Shown: positions 1 through 11,647, counted from the stretch's first letter. The stretch: 64,000 nucleotides of DNA from an uncultured bacterium (GCA_964612295.1 CAZTDY010000001.1:48032-112031), one strand, 5' to 3'. A program made the numbers and translations. Notes: generated from the sequence alone by a model not told the origin.

Positions 1-986
1 CCACGACGCCATACGGCCGTGCGGTTGGCAATGAGGGGCATCCGGTGCAGGTGGCGGAGCTCCTCAATGCCATCAGGGCTCCCATCTACATCGAACGGGT
101 TTCGCTCGAGAGCCCGAAGCACAACGCAAAGGCCCGTCGTGCGGTCAAGAAAGCGCTGAAGTACCAGGTGGAAGGCAAGGGGTTCAGTCTGGTCGAGGTT
201 CTCTCTCCGTGCCCGACCGGCTGGGGACTGCCCACGGTCGAGGCCCGCAAGTGGATCGGCGAGGCGATGGAGCCGGTCTTCCCGCTGGGCTGCCTGCGCG
301 ATCATGGCAAAGACCTCGACGCCACCCCGCGCGAGCCGGCCAAGTACCTGGTCGACAATATCCACGGGGCGCTCGATCTGCCCGACCCGGCGGATGATCA
401 CGGTGTGGCCGAGGCCAAGACGATGGATCAGGTGGACGAAGCCTGGCGCAATCCCGCGATCAAGGTGGCCGGTTTCGGTGGACAGGGCGTGCTGCTCCTC
501 GGCCTCGGCATTGGAGCCACCGGCATGAACGCCGGCTATCACGTTTCGTGGCTTCCGTCCTACGGCCCGGAAATGCGGGGCGGAACGGCAAACTGCTCGG
601 TGCACGTGTCGACCGATGTGATCGGTTCCCCCGTGGTGGCCGACATCGATGTCCTCGTGGCGTTCAATCGCCCGTCGCTCGAGAAGTTCGAGCCGGACCT
701 ACGCCCAGGTGGCGTGGTCTTCTACGACAGCTCTCTCGTTGACGTGAAACCGAAACGGGAGGATATTGTCGCCGTACCGGTTCCGGCGACGCAGCTGGCG
801 GATGAGCTCGGTAATACCAAAGCCGCGAACATGGTCATGCTAGGGGCCGTGGCGCGCCGGACCAAGCTGTTCACGATCGAGGATGTGACTTCGTCGCTCG
901 GCGATTTCATCAAGAAGACGAAGCTGATCCCGCTCAACGAGCAGGCGGTCAAGAAGGGCACCGACTACATCGACCAGTTGGGTTAG
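1..986 (+). CDS. 2-oxoacid:ferredoxin oxidoreductase beta (TPP-binding) subunit C-terminus fused to a gamma-type domain; 5' partial, with the reading frame open from position 3
   Basis: FSLVEVLSPCPTGWG is typical of the C-terminal end of OFOR/PFOR beta subunits. It is followed by AIKVAGFGGQGVLLLG...GYHVSWLPSYGPEMRGG, which matches the OFOR gamma subunit. There is no in-frame stop upstream within the window. Confidence 0.8.
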   Translation, partial: TTPYGRAVGNEGHPVQVAELLNAIRAPIYIERVSLESPKHNAKARRAVKKALKYQVEGKGFSLVEVLSPCPTGWGLPTVEARKWIGEAMEPVFPLGCLRDHGKDLDATPREPAKYLVDNIHGALDLPDPADDHGVAEAKTMDQVDEAWRNPAIKVAGFGGQGVLLLGLGIGATGMNAGYHVSWLPSYGPEMRGGTANCSVHVSTDVIGSPVVADIDVLVAFNRPSLEKFEPDLRPGGVVFYDSSLVDVKPKREDIVAVPVPATQLADELGNTKAANMVMLGAVARRTKLFTIEDVTSSLGDFIKKTKLIPLNEQAVKKGTDYIDQLG

Positions 987-1045
987 CCACCGCGCACGAG
1001 AGGCGCCTTACTTGATCGCTCCTCCACGGAAGGGGGTGGATCAAG

Positions 1046-1438
1046 GTGGCGCCAGCAGTCTTGATTGGAGAGGAACAGCCCCAACTCAGGCAGCGCTACG
1101 CGGACTATCTGCGCGAGCAAGGCTACGAGGTGTGGGCGGCGGCGGATGCCACTGAGATTCTTTCGATGGCGAAGGCCCACCGGCCCGGCGCGATCGTCTT
1201 GGATCCAGAGATAGACGAAGGGCAAGGACTCAATGCGGTCCTTGCCCTTCTTGCAGCAGGCCTACGAGTGTCGGTCATCTTCAATACGTCGCGTCCTCGG
1301 TCGCTGGAGACCGACTTCTCCAGCTGGGTGGCGGATGCCTACACGGTGCGCTCCCCGGATATTCAACACTGGGGCGAGTCCGTGTTGGAACATCTGGAAA
1401 CGGCTAAGCAGCGCTTGCCAGGATTTTCTCCCGCATGA
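1046..1438 (+). CDS. Small degenerate receiver-domain (CheY-like) protein. The acidic pair is replaced by Glu-Glu (VLIGEEQ).
   Basis: Residues alternate in a beta1-alpha1-beta2 receiver pattern: VLIGEE / LRQRYADYLREQGYEV / IVLDPEID / VSVIFNTS. GTG start. No conserved lysine is recognisable. The 3' end overlaps a convergent ORF. Confidence 0.45.
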   Translation: MAPAVLIGEEQPQLRQRYADYLREQGYEVWAAADATEILSMAKAHRPGAIVLDPEIDEGQGLNAVLALLAAGLRVSVIFNTSRPRSLETDFSSWVADAYTVRSPDIQHWGESVLEHLETAKQRLPGFSPA

Positions 1439-1922
1439 TGAGGTGCCGTTCCAGGCGCCCGAGATCTTCGTCCAGTGTGCGGAAGAAGGATCTCGTGGTG
1501 CGTGGCGCGGTGGAAACAGAACACCCCTTCCGGTCCAAGTACTCCTCGGTATCCTCCAGGTCCTGGAGGATCAGGAGGTCTGCCTCGAGGAGCTTCTCGA
1601 GAACCTCCACGTCGACCTTCTCCGCGTGAAAGAAAGCCGAGAAGCTGTGCGGTGAACAGCGAACCGAATCGACGATGGTCTGCAGATGCAGACGGCGTTG
1701 ATCGAGCTGTTCCATGTGGGCATCCCAGGGCTCGGTCGACCACCGGTCGTGAATCGACTCCAAGGTTCCCAGCAGGTGCATCAACTTGCGATACACTCTC
1801 GTCCGAAGACGGGAATCCTCCTCCTGCCGCTGTTCGCGGTTCTTGTAGCCCTCGTACCCCGGCACTAGGTAGGCCAGGTTCTCGAGGAAGCGGAGGCCAC
1901 TGGAACGGTGCTCGGCGCGCAT
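1404..1922 (-). CDS. Hypothetical protein (172 aa), no recognisable domain
   Basis: Long ORF on the minus strand, convergent with 1046..1438 with about 35 nt of overlap. Its composition is that of a soluble protein. Coding status is uncertain. Confidence 0.35.
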   Translation of the reverse strand: MRAEHRSSGLRFLENLAYLVPGYEGYKNREQRQEEDSRLRTRVYRKLMHLLGTLESIHDRWSTEPWDAHMEQLDQRRLHLQTIVDSVRCSPHSFSAFFHAEKVDVEVLEKLLEADLLILQDLEDTEEYLDRKGCSVSTAPRTTRSFFRTLDEDLGRLERHLIMREKILASAA

Positions 1923-2389
1923 ACTTCTCCTCCGATAGGGGGCCGGAGTCGATTCGAATGCCGAACGCGCTGCCTAGCGGTTGTCGCTTCTGTGCAGGGC
2001 AACCGCGGATGCAGCGGTTCGGTTCGTCTCATTGAGCCTGTCGGCTCACTCTGCCTCGGTTCGGGTCTGTCACTGGCGGCGGACATCTCCGCGCGCCCGT
2101 CGTGTCGCTCCCCTTGGCTCCCATCGTCTGCCTCAGCATCCCGCAGGCCCCCGCGGACCACATCCGGAGTGGTCCCCCGGACGCGCTCGGTGTGATCTCC
2201 CAGGTCACCCGAGCGAGGGGCAGTTGTGCAAGCTTCGTTCCCCGAGCTGCTTGACCCACTGCAAGTGACTATCTAGCATGAGGAAAGAGGTCCCGGTCGG
2301 ACGGAGAGGGGGAGAGACGATTGGGTGCAATCCGCCCCGCTTGTGGCAGAATGCAAGAGGTCCGTCCACGGTAGGCCAGGATCGGAGGA

Positions 2390-3769
2390 ATGACCTTGCC
2401 GGCCCCTGTCGACCAAACGCAGGTGCCCCATTGGGGTGCCCACCCCGCGGTGCTGCTCGTGGCGCACGAGGGTCACCCGGCCGCGCGTTGGGATGAGGCC
2501 CTGCGGGACGCCGGCTACGCGGTCACCGCCGTCGCCAGTCGGGAGGCGGCCATGGAGGCCCTGGATCGGGTGACCGTGGATGTGGTGATCACCGAGCTGC
2601 GCACCGCCCGCATCCAAGGCCTGGGGATCATTGCCGTCGCCCGGCGACGCAATCCGGATGTGGGCGCCGTTCTTCTGATCGAGCCCGATCAGGAAGAGCG
2701 GGCGGTCAAGGCGCTCTCGCGAACCGTCATCGACTATCAGTCCGCTCCTTTCCGTCTCCCAAAACTGCTCGCCATCATCGCGCGGATTGAGGAACGACAG
2801 GCTCTCTGTGGCAAAGTCGCGCGGCTTACCCAACAGCTCGACCGCCGTTTCAGCTTTCCGAACTTGATCGGACAATCGACCGCGGCGGCGCGGATGCGAT
2901 CCTGGCTCAAGGAGGTGTCGCCTACCGACCTGCACGTTCTGCTGATCGGTGAGGAAGGGTCCGGGAAGCGCCTGATTGCAGGGATGCTCCACCACAACAG
3001 CCCACGCCGCAATGAAGCGCTGGTCGAACTCGACTGCGCGGCGCTACCACCCCGCCAGCTGCAACGGGAGCTTTTCGGTCCGCCGGTCCGCGCCCGAAAC
3101 CCGCGGAGGCCGGGGCGCCTGGAGAAGGCGGCCCAGGGGACGCTTCTCCTGCGGGGGGCAACCTCGCTGCCGATCGAACTGCAGGCGCGTGTCGCGGAGG
3201 TTCTCCGCACGGGAGTGCTGAGGCCCGTCTTCGGAGCGGGAGCGATCGAGATTCACCCCCGGCTTGTCCTGGCCGCCGAGGAGGATCCGCGAGGCCTGGT
3301 CGAAGACGGGCGTTTCGACCCGAGCCTCCTCGATCTGGTGGGGGAGAGCGTGCACGACCTGCTGCCGCTTCGGCACCGCCGGAGGGACATCCTGGATCTG
3401 GCGGACCACTTTCTGGCCGAGGAATCGAAGCATCTGGATACGCCTCTTCGCCTGCATCGCGCCACCCGGGATGCGCTCCTCTCCTATGACTGGCCGGGCA
3501 ATACACGCGAACTCCGCCAGGTGATTCGCGAGACGGCCAGGACCAAGCCGGGGGGAGGAGAGGTCGCCGCCGAAGACCTGCCGGAGGATATCCGCGAGCA
3601 CGGGGGGGGTGAGCGCCGGCGGCTGCCCGTGGGGACGCCGCTGGCTGAGATCGAGCGGCGGATGATCCAGGAGACACTGCGCCTGTGCGAGGGAAACCGG
3701 GAGAAGGCCGCCGCCATTTTGGGCATCGGCGTGCGGACTCTGTACCGTAAAATCAAGTCATTTAGGTAG
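2390..3769 (+). CDS. Sigma-54 enhancer-binding-protein-like regulator (NtrC/Fis family architecture) with degenerate receiver and degenerate AAA+ motifs
   Basis: The N-terminal receiver-like domain reads VLLVAHEG...DVVITELR. The central sigma54-interaction domain has LLIGEEGSGKR, ELFG and GNTRELRQVIRE. The C-terminus carries a Fis-type HTH (REKAAAILGIGVRTLYRKIKSF). GAFTGA and the Walker B DE pair are not recognisable. Confidence 0.8.
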   Translation: MTLPAPVDQTQVPHWGAHPAVLLVAHEGHPAARWDEALRDAGYAVTAVASREAAMEALDRVTVDVVITELRTARIQGLGIIAVARRRNPDVGAVLLIEPDQEERAVKALSRTVIDYQSAPFRLPKLLAIIARIEERQALCGKVARLTQQLDRRFSFPNLIGQSTAAARMRSWLKEVSPTDLHVLLIGEEGSGKRLIAGMLHHNSPRRNEALVELDCAALPPRQLQRELFGPPVRARNPRRPGRLEKAAQGTLLLRGATSLPIELQARVAEVLRTGVLRPVFGAGAIEIHPRLVLAAEEDPRGLVEDGRFDPSLLDLVGESVHDLLPLRHRRRDILDLADHFLAEESKHLDTPLRLHRATRDALLSYDWPGNTRELRQVIRETARTKPGGGEVAAEDLPEDIREHGGGERRRLPVGTPLAEIERRMIQETLRLCEGNREKAAAILGIGVRTLYRKIKSFR

Positions 3770-3856
3770 TTATGGCATAGGCCGATCCTCTGGTGCCCCT
3801 TCCGAGTGGGCGGACGCGCAATTGTGTGTCCCCCAACCCAGCTCCCCCTGCCTGCA

Positions 3857-3862
3857 TATAAT
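3857..3862 (+). promoter_or_regulatory. Perfect TATAAT -10-like hexamer in the 285-bp leader upstream of the TonB-dependent receptor gene
   Basis: gcatataatgag sits in otherwise GC-rich DNA. No good -35 hexamer lies at 17 bp. It is about 195 nt upstream of the receptor start. Confidence 0.2.
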
Positions 3863-4054
3863 GAGATCTTCCCCATCTGTTGCTCATGCCAGCGCATCCC
3901 CTTACCGATCACAAATATGCAGACCGCCAACGTGCATTTGCCGACGCAGACCGGGACTTGGGACGCGGCAGATTACCGCCGCCCGATCGGCGAAGACCGC
4001 CTTCTTGGCCCACTCACGTGCGAGGGGCCTGTTCGTGGATAGGGGGAGACCGAC

Positions 4055-6127
4055 ATGCTCGTCCACGCGCTTGTCATGACCAGGGTGCCGGCCACTGTGG
4101 CCGTTGCCATCCTGCTCCTACTTGCCCTCGGCTTGCCGGCTTGGGGGGAAGAGGAGACTGGCTCGGAGCCACGTCTCACCGAGATGAGTCTCGAGGAGCT
4201 GATGTCGATCGAAGTGACCTCGGTCTCGCGTAAGGGTGAGCCGCTTTCGGAGGCCGCGGCGGCGGCGTTCGTTATCACCGCGGATGAGATCCGTCGTTCG
4301 GGCTACACGACGGTCGCAGATCTCCTGCGCTTGGTGCCGGGAATGCTCGTCGGCCAGATCGACGCCAATAAGTGGGCCGTGAGTGCTCGCGGATTCAACG
4401 GACAATTCGCGAACAAGCTCCTTGTCCTGATCGATGGCCGGAGCGTCTATACGCCGCTCTTTGCCGGCGTGTATTGGGATGTCCAGGATCTTATGATCGA
4501 GGACATCGAACGCATCGAGGTGATTCGCGGGCCCGGCGCCACCCTCTGGGGGGCGAACGCGGTCAACGGCGTGATCAACATCATCACCTGCGACGCGGCC
4601 GACAGCGAGGGACTCCTGGTCAGCGGAGGGGGCGGGAATGTGGAGCGGGGTTTCGGGGCGGTCTGATTCGGGCACCGGCTGAATGATCGCGCTTCTGTCC
4701 GCGTCTACGGCAAGTACTTCGATCGGGCTGGATCGGTGGATTCGCTGGGAGAGACGCAGTCCGACGAGTGGACGTCGGGACGGGGCGGGTTCCGCCTCGA
4801 CTGGGGGGTGGGTTCTCGCGACCATGTCACCGTTCAGGGCGATGCCTACCAGGGCGATATGGGGGTGGTCTACCCCTTCCCGAGCAGCCAGCCGCCCTAC
4901 CAGGTGCAGATCGAGGATGTGACCGAAGTGGCGGGCGGCAATCTCCTCACGCGTTGGTCGCGCAACCTGTCGCCGACCGCCGCCTGGGGGGTTCAGCTCT
5001 ATTTCGATCGCACCGAGCGCTCCGACGTCTTCTTCACCGAGAATCGCAGCACGGTGGATGCGGACTTCCAGCACAGCTTCTCGGTGCGGGGCAACACGCA
5101 TCTGGTCTGGGGTGCCGGGTACCGCCGCGGTGAATGGGATTTCCTGGGCACGGAATACGCGGCCACAAAGGAAGGACTGGAAAAAGGTGATGAGGGTCTC
5201 CTGAGCGGATTCGTTCAGGGAAACTGGTCGACGGCGCAGGACAGATTACGCCTGACGTTGGGCTGCAAGGTCGAACACAAAACGAACCAGGCGGGGCTGG
5301 ACCAGGATCTGACCGAGATCCAGCCGAACGGCCGGCTCCTTTGGCTGCCCAACGATCATCACGCGCTGTGGGCCTCCGTTGCCCGAGCGGTACGAACGCC
5401 CACTCAGGTGGAGATGGCCGGCAATGTCTGGCTCGGATACGTGCCCCCCGGCGTGCCGGAGAACCCCGGCCAGGTTCCTCTGATGATCACCCTGGTTGGA
5501 TCGGAGGATTACGTCAGCGAAGAACTCCTGGCCTACGAGTGTGGATATCGCTGCCAACCTCGGGATGGCCTGACCTTCGACTTCGCGGCATTCTACAACG
5601 ACTACACAAACCTCCGGGGCATGATCCAGGGTGAGGCGGAGGTGCGGATGGATCCGCAGCCGCACGCCTTTGTGCCGATCATCCTGTCGAACGCGCAGGA
5701 GGGCGAAGCCTACGGGGCCGAGCTGGCCGCCGGCTGGCAGATGCTGGAAAACCTGCGTCTGCGGGCAAGCTACTCCTACTGGGATCTGAATCTGAAGAAC
5801 GAATTGCAGGACCTGTATGACATGGGCTTCAGCGAGGACAGCACCTGGCCGCCCCATCAGGTCTTGCTGCGGGTTTCCGCAGATCTCGCCCGGAATCTCG
5901 ACCTCGATCTCGTCGGCCGTTTCGTGGACGAATTGGGCGACTTCAGGATCGAGGCGTACACGGAGCTCGATGCGCGCCTGGCCTGGCGCCCCGCGAGCGG
6001 GCTGGAGCTTGCCGTCACCGGGCGCAATCTCCTGCAAGAACAACACCCGGAGCACATCTCCGAGTTAAGCGAGGTCGGGACCGAACTGGAACGTGGAGTC
6101 TATGTTTCGGCGAGCTGGAAACACTAG
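4055..6127 (+). pseudogene. TonB-dependent outer-membrane receptor (plug plus 22-strand barrel) interrupted by a single in-frame TGA at 4664..4666
   Basis: ORF 4055..4666 encodes a signal peptide, a TonB-box-like region and the plug domain (DGRSVYTPLFAGVYWDVQDLMIEDIERIEVIRGPGATLWGANAVNGVINI). The same frame continues straight after TGA with FGHRLNDRASVRVYGKYFDRAG and then the barrel to 6127. Other genes in the window use TGA as an ordinary stop. Confidence 0.8.
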
Positions 6128-6698
6128 CCGCGCCAGAAACCTGGCGATTCGCTTCTTGATCGCACTCGCCATCGCAGGCGGTGTGAGCGGGGGTGAAGTT
6201 TGCCATGCGGGCAAGAGCTCCGTGGAGGAGGTCAAGGCGGCCTTCCTCTACAACTTCGCTCGTTTCATCGAATGGCCGGACGCGGTGTTCAACGCCCCCC
6301 AAAGTCCTTTTGTCATCGGCGTTCTGGGCGAAGATCCATTCGGCGGCGCCCTGGGCGAGATCGTCGGTCACGAGAAGGTGGGGGGGCGGCGGATAGAGAT
6401 TCGGCGCTGGGGGCAGGCTCACGAGGTGGCCGGCTGCCATCTGCTCTTTGTGAACCCCGATCTTCCCGATCGGCTGACCGTGTTGCGGAGCCTGCCGGCG
6501 GAGGGTCTGCTGACCGTGGGCGACGGCGAGGGGTTTGTGGAGAGCGGCGGAATCATCGGTCTGATCGTCGAACAGAATCGTGTGCGTTTCGAGGTGAATC
6601 TGGCCGGTGCTGAGAGAGCTGGCCTGGTCTTGAGCTCGAAGCTGCTGAACTTGGCCCGGGAGGTGGGGCACTGGCCCGTAGAAGGGGATCTGAGGTGA
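6102..6698 (+). CDS. DUF4154 (YfiR-like) periplasmic protein
   Basis: Signal peptide [27 protein letters not shown] followed by the [15 protein letters not shown] motif I associate with DUF4154/YfiR. It overlaps the receptor 3' end by 26 nt and has a GTGA overlap with the downstream kinase. Confidence 0.7.
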   Translation: MFRRAGNTSRARNLAIRFLIALAIAGGVSGGEVCHAGKSSVEEVKAAFLYNFARFIEWPDAVFNAPQSPFVIGVLGEDPFGGALGEIVGHEKVGGRRIEIRRWGQAHEVAGCHLLFVNPDLPDRLTVLRSLPAEGLLTVGDGEGFVESGGIIGLIVEQNRVRFEVNLAGAERAGLVLSSKLLNLAREVGHWPVEGDLR

Positions 6699-9151
6699 TC
6701 CGGTCATTTCTCGATCTAAGCATCCGGCGCAAGCTGACCCTGATCATCATGCTGACCAGCGTGAGTGCGCTGATCGTATTGGCGACGGCTTTCATGTCCT
6801 TTGAAAAGGTCCATCTCCAGAACGAGGCGATCAGAGCCTTGGGACTACAGGCTGATTTGGTGGGCGCCAACAGCGCGGCTGCGATTCTCTTCGACGACTT
6901 CACCTCGGCCACCGAGACGCTGTCGGCCTTGCGCGCCGATTCCCACATCGCCACGGCCTGCATCTACCGTCCGGACGGGACCATCTTCGCGACCTACTAC
7001 CCTCCCGGGATGAAGGGGGGCCGGATCCCTCCCGAGCCGGCGCCGGAGGGTTTCGAGGTCACGCCGGGCTCTCTCCACCTGTTCAGAGAAATCCGGTTCC
7101 GTGGTGAGTACGTCGGCACGCTCTACCTCTGCTCGGATCTCGAGGGCATGGCGGCCCACTTGGGACAATACACCAGGATCGCGATCACCCTCGTGGTGGC
7201 AGCGACCCTCTTGGCCCTGCTCATGTCCTTCTGGCTGCAGCGTCTTATCTCGCGGCCCATTCTGAAACTCACCGAGACGGCCACCACCGTGGCCCGGAAT
7301 CGGGACTACTCGATTCGCGCGGTCGGACATGGTGATAATGAGATCGGGAAACTCATCAACCACTTCAATGCCATGCTTGTTCAGATTCAGAAACGTGATC
7401 GCGAACTGCAGCAACATCGTGACCACCTCGAAGAGGAGGTTGGCAAACGAACCGAGGAACTCTCCCGGGCCAATGCAGAGCTGATCCAGGCCAAGGAGCG
7501 CGCCGAGGCGGCCGCGGAGGCCAAGAGCCAGTTCCTCGCCAACATGAGCCACGAGATCCGCACCCCGATGAACGGCGTGATCGGGATGACCGATCTGACC
7601 CTGGATACGGAGCTGACCGCTGAACAACGAGAGTATCTGACGCTCGCCCAGACGTCGGCGGAATCGCTGCTGCAGATCATCAATGACATTTTGGATCTCT
7701 CGAAGATCGAAGCGGGGCGGATGCGGCTCGAGCACGAGGACTTCGACCTCTGGGAGTGCCTCGAGGACACCCTCAAGTCGCTCGCGGTTCGCACGAGGGA
7801 GAAAGACCTGGAACTGGTGTGCAACATCAGCCCGCGCGTTCCGCGGCGCGTGATGGGAGACCATGGCCGCCTGCGTCAGATCGTGGTCAACCTGGTCGGC
7901 AATGCCGTCAAGTTCACGGATGAGGGCGAGATCGTCCTGAAGGTCGAACCGATTGAAATCGCGACCGACAAATGTTTCCTCACCTTCGCTGTCGAGGACA
8001 CGGGGATCGGCATCCCTGAAGACAAGCTCGCCCAGATCTTCGAGAACTTCACCCAGGCGGATGGTTCCATCACCCGCCAGTATGGCGGCACCGGGCTCGG
8101 CCTGGGGATTTCGCAGCAGCTCGTCGGGCTCATGGGTGGAACGATCAAAGTGGAGAGCATCGAGGAGAGCGGCAGCACGTTCTCCTTCACGGCGCGACTC
8201 GAACGGCCGCCCGCGATGTCGGACACAGAGGCTGACGGCACCTGCGAACGCACGGTTCTTGCGCCTGCTCATGGGCGGCACGTGCTCATCGCCGACGACT
8301 CTCCCGGGACGAGCCAGGCCCTCCGTCAGCTGTTAGAGGATTGGGGCCTTCAAGTCAGCGTTGCTTCCACACCTGCCCAGGTCGACGAACTCCTCGCCGA
8401 AGCCGGGGAGCACACGGGCATCGACCTCCTGCTCCTCGACGCCCTGCTACCACCGGGCGGGGTCCGGAGCTTCATCAAGGGGCTCGGCGGGCGGGCTGCC
8501 GACGGGGCAGACGGATCTCCGAGGGTTGTCGTGCTCCTGCCGGGTGGTGGCCACCGTTCCGCCGACGTCGCGAACTATCTCGAGGATGGAGCCGGCGAGT
8601 GCATCAGCAAGCCTATCCGCCACAGTGAGCTCTTCGAGGCGGTCAGGAATCTGCTTCTGCCGCGACTCCAGGAGCTCGGACAGAGCGCGGGGTGCGTTGG
8701 GAGCGGGCCTGCGTCGCGTGACCTGGGAGATCGCAAACAGGAAGTCCCCCCACACCAGTCGCTGCGGATCCTGGTCGCGGAGGACAACCCCGTCAATCAA
8801 CGGCTCATTGTCGAACTGCTCCGTCAGCGAGGGCACGATGTGACGGTGGTCGAGAATGGCGCGGATGTGATTGAGGCGACCCAGTCCGAGTCGTTCCAGA
8901 TCGTGCTCATGGATCTCCACATGCCGGAGATGGGCGGCATCGAGGCCACCATGGCCATCCGCGCCGAGGAGCAACGGGTGGGCGGGCACCTCCTGATCGT
9001 GGCGCTCACCGCCGATGCCGTGGTGGGTGTGCGCGAGGAGTGTTTCGCCGCCGGCATGGACGACTACCTCGACAAACCAATCAAGCCGCAGCAGCTCTTC
9101 GATGTGTTGGCCCGGTTCTTCCCCGCCCGAGAGGATGATCAGGCCGCCTAG
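6695..9151 (+). CDS. Hybrid sensor histidine kinase / response regulator: periplasmic sensor domain between two TM helices, HAMP, HisKA, HATPase_c and two receiver domains
   Basis: H-box [18 protein letters not shown]-box [12 protein letters not shown], and G-boxes DTGIGI and GGTGLGLGI. The two receivers read HVLIADDSP...LLLLDALLP...ISKP and [11 protein letters not shown]...[13 protein letters not shown]...YLDKP. Confidence 0.9.
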   Translation: MIRSFLDLSIRRKLTLIIMLTSVSALIVLATAFMSFEKVHLQNEAIRALGLQADLVGANSAAAILFDDFTSATETLSALRADSHIATACIYRPDGTIFATYYPPGMKGGRIPPEPAPEGFEVTPGSLHLFREIRFRGEYVGTLYLCSDLEGMAAHLGQYTRIAITLVVAATLLALLMSFWLQRLISRPILKLTETATTVARNRDYSIRAVGHGDNEIGKLINHFNAMLVQIQKRDRELQQHRDHLEEEVGKRTEELSRANAELIQAKERAEAAAEAKSQFLANMSHEIRTPMNGVIGMTDLTLDTELTAEQREYLTLAQTSAESLLQIINDILDLSKIEAGRMRLEHEDFDLWECLEDTLKSLAVRTREKDLELVCNISPRVPRRVMGDHGRLRQIVVNLVGNAVKFTDEGEIVLKVEPIEIATDKCFLTFAVEDTGIGIPEDKLAQIFENFTQADGSITRQYGGTGLGLGISQQLVGLMGGTIKVESIEESGSTFSFTARLERPPAMSDTEADGTCERTVLAPAHGRHVLIADDSPGTSQALRQLLEDWGLQVSVASTPAQVDELLAEAGEHTGIDLLLLDALLPPGGVRSFIKGLGGRAADGADGSPRVVVLLPGGGHRSADVANYLEDGAGECISKPIRHSELFEAVRNLLLPRLQELGQSAGCVGSGPASRDLGDRKQEVPPHQSLRILVAEDNPVNQRLIVELLRQRGHDVTVVENGADVIEATQSESFQIVLMDLHMPEMGGIEATMAIRAEEQRVGGHLLIVALTADAVVGVREECFAAGMDDYLDKPIKPQQLFDVLARFFPAREDDQAA

Positions 9152-9411
9152 ATCGCCGTCCTCTTCCCGACGATGACCCGCGACTGCCAAAATGGCAGCC
9201 CTGCAATCACGCCCCGTGTTCTGACTGGTCCAGATCCGCAATCGGCTGTGCCCAAACCCCCGCATGTCGCAGAATATCACGCTCGTTTGTTCCAAAACGA
9301 AACATCCAAAGCGCCAGAGTGGCATCATTCAGGCGATTCATCTGGGGGTTGCACTGAGGGATTCGCATCTAACTTTTGGACTTATATCTATTTACATTTC
9401 TCGTGTCACTT

Positions 9412-9427
9412 TGGCATGATTCTGGCA
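9412..9427 (+). promoter_or_regulatory. Sigma-54-like -24/-12 element (TGGCATGATTCTGGCA) in an AT-rich island upstream of groES
   Basis: GG and GC dinucleotides have the canonical 10-bp spacing, with two mismatches to TGGCAC-N5-TTGCW. It sits in AT-rich sequence (cttatatctatttacatttctc) about 170 nt upstream of groES. A CTTGAA hexamer at 9428..9433 could alternatively be a sigma32-type -35. Confidence 0.2.
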
Positions 9428-9597
9428 CTTGAATGGGGCATGGAAGGCCATCGGCCTGTCTCGAAATGGGAGGTAGGGAGACACTCACAGGGTGGCTCCT
9501 GCGGGAGCTGCCAACAGCTCACAGGAGCAATCAGAACAGCGGATCAGGGGTTCGGCCAGAGCCGCAACCCGAGGATCCAGCGTAAGGAGGAAGGGTG

Positions 9598-11578
<1,981 letters not shown>

Positions 11579-11607
11579 GCCGGCCAAGCACACAGCTGCA
11601 ATCAAGT

Positions 11608-11647
11608 GCGCCCCCGGGTCTTGACGACCTGGGGGCGCTTCTTTGTG
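11608..11647 (+). terminator. Rho-independent terminator after groEL (13-bp GC stem, 5-nt loop, T-rich tail)
   Basis: gcgcccccgggtc-ttgac-gacctgggggcgc followed by ttctttgtg. It lies between the convergent genes and may act in both directions. Confidence 0.55.

Noticed and set aside
2321-2360. TTGTGGCAGAATGCAAGAGG upstream of the EBP-like gene as a sigma54 promoter
   Set aside because: GG and GC are only 8 bp apart. This is the wrong spacing for a -24/-12 element.
4664-4666. Selenocysteine recoding as an explanation for the two in-frame TGA codons (4664..4666 and 13610..13612)
   Set aside because: No convincing SECIS-like hairpin at the expected 11-nt offset. Neither protein family is a known selenoprotein. 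The local contexts (GAV_FGH, ATW_PSC) do not resemble redox motifs.
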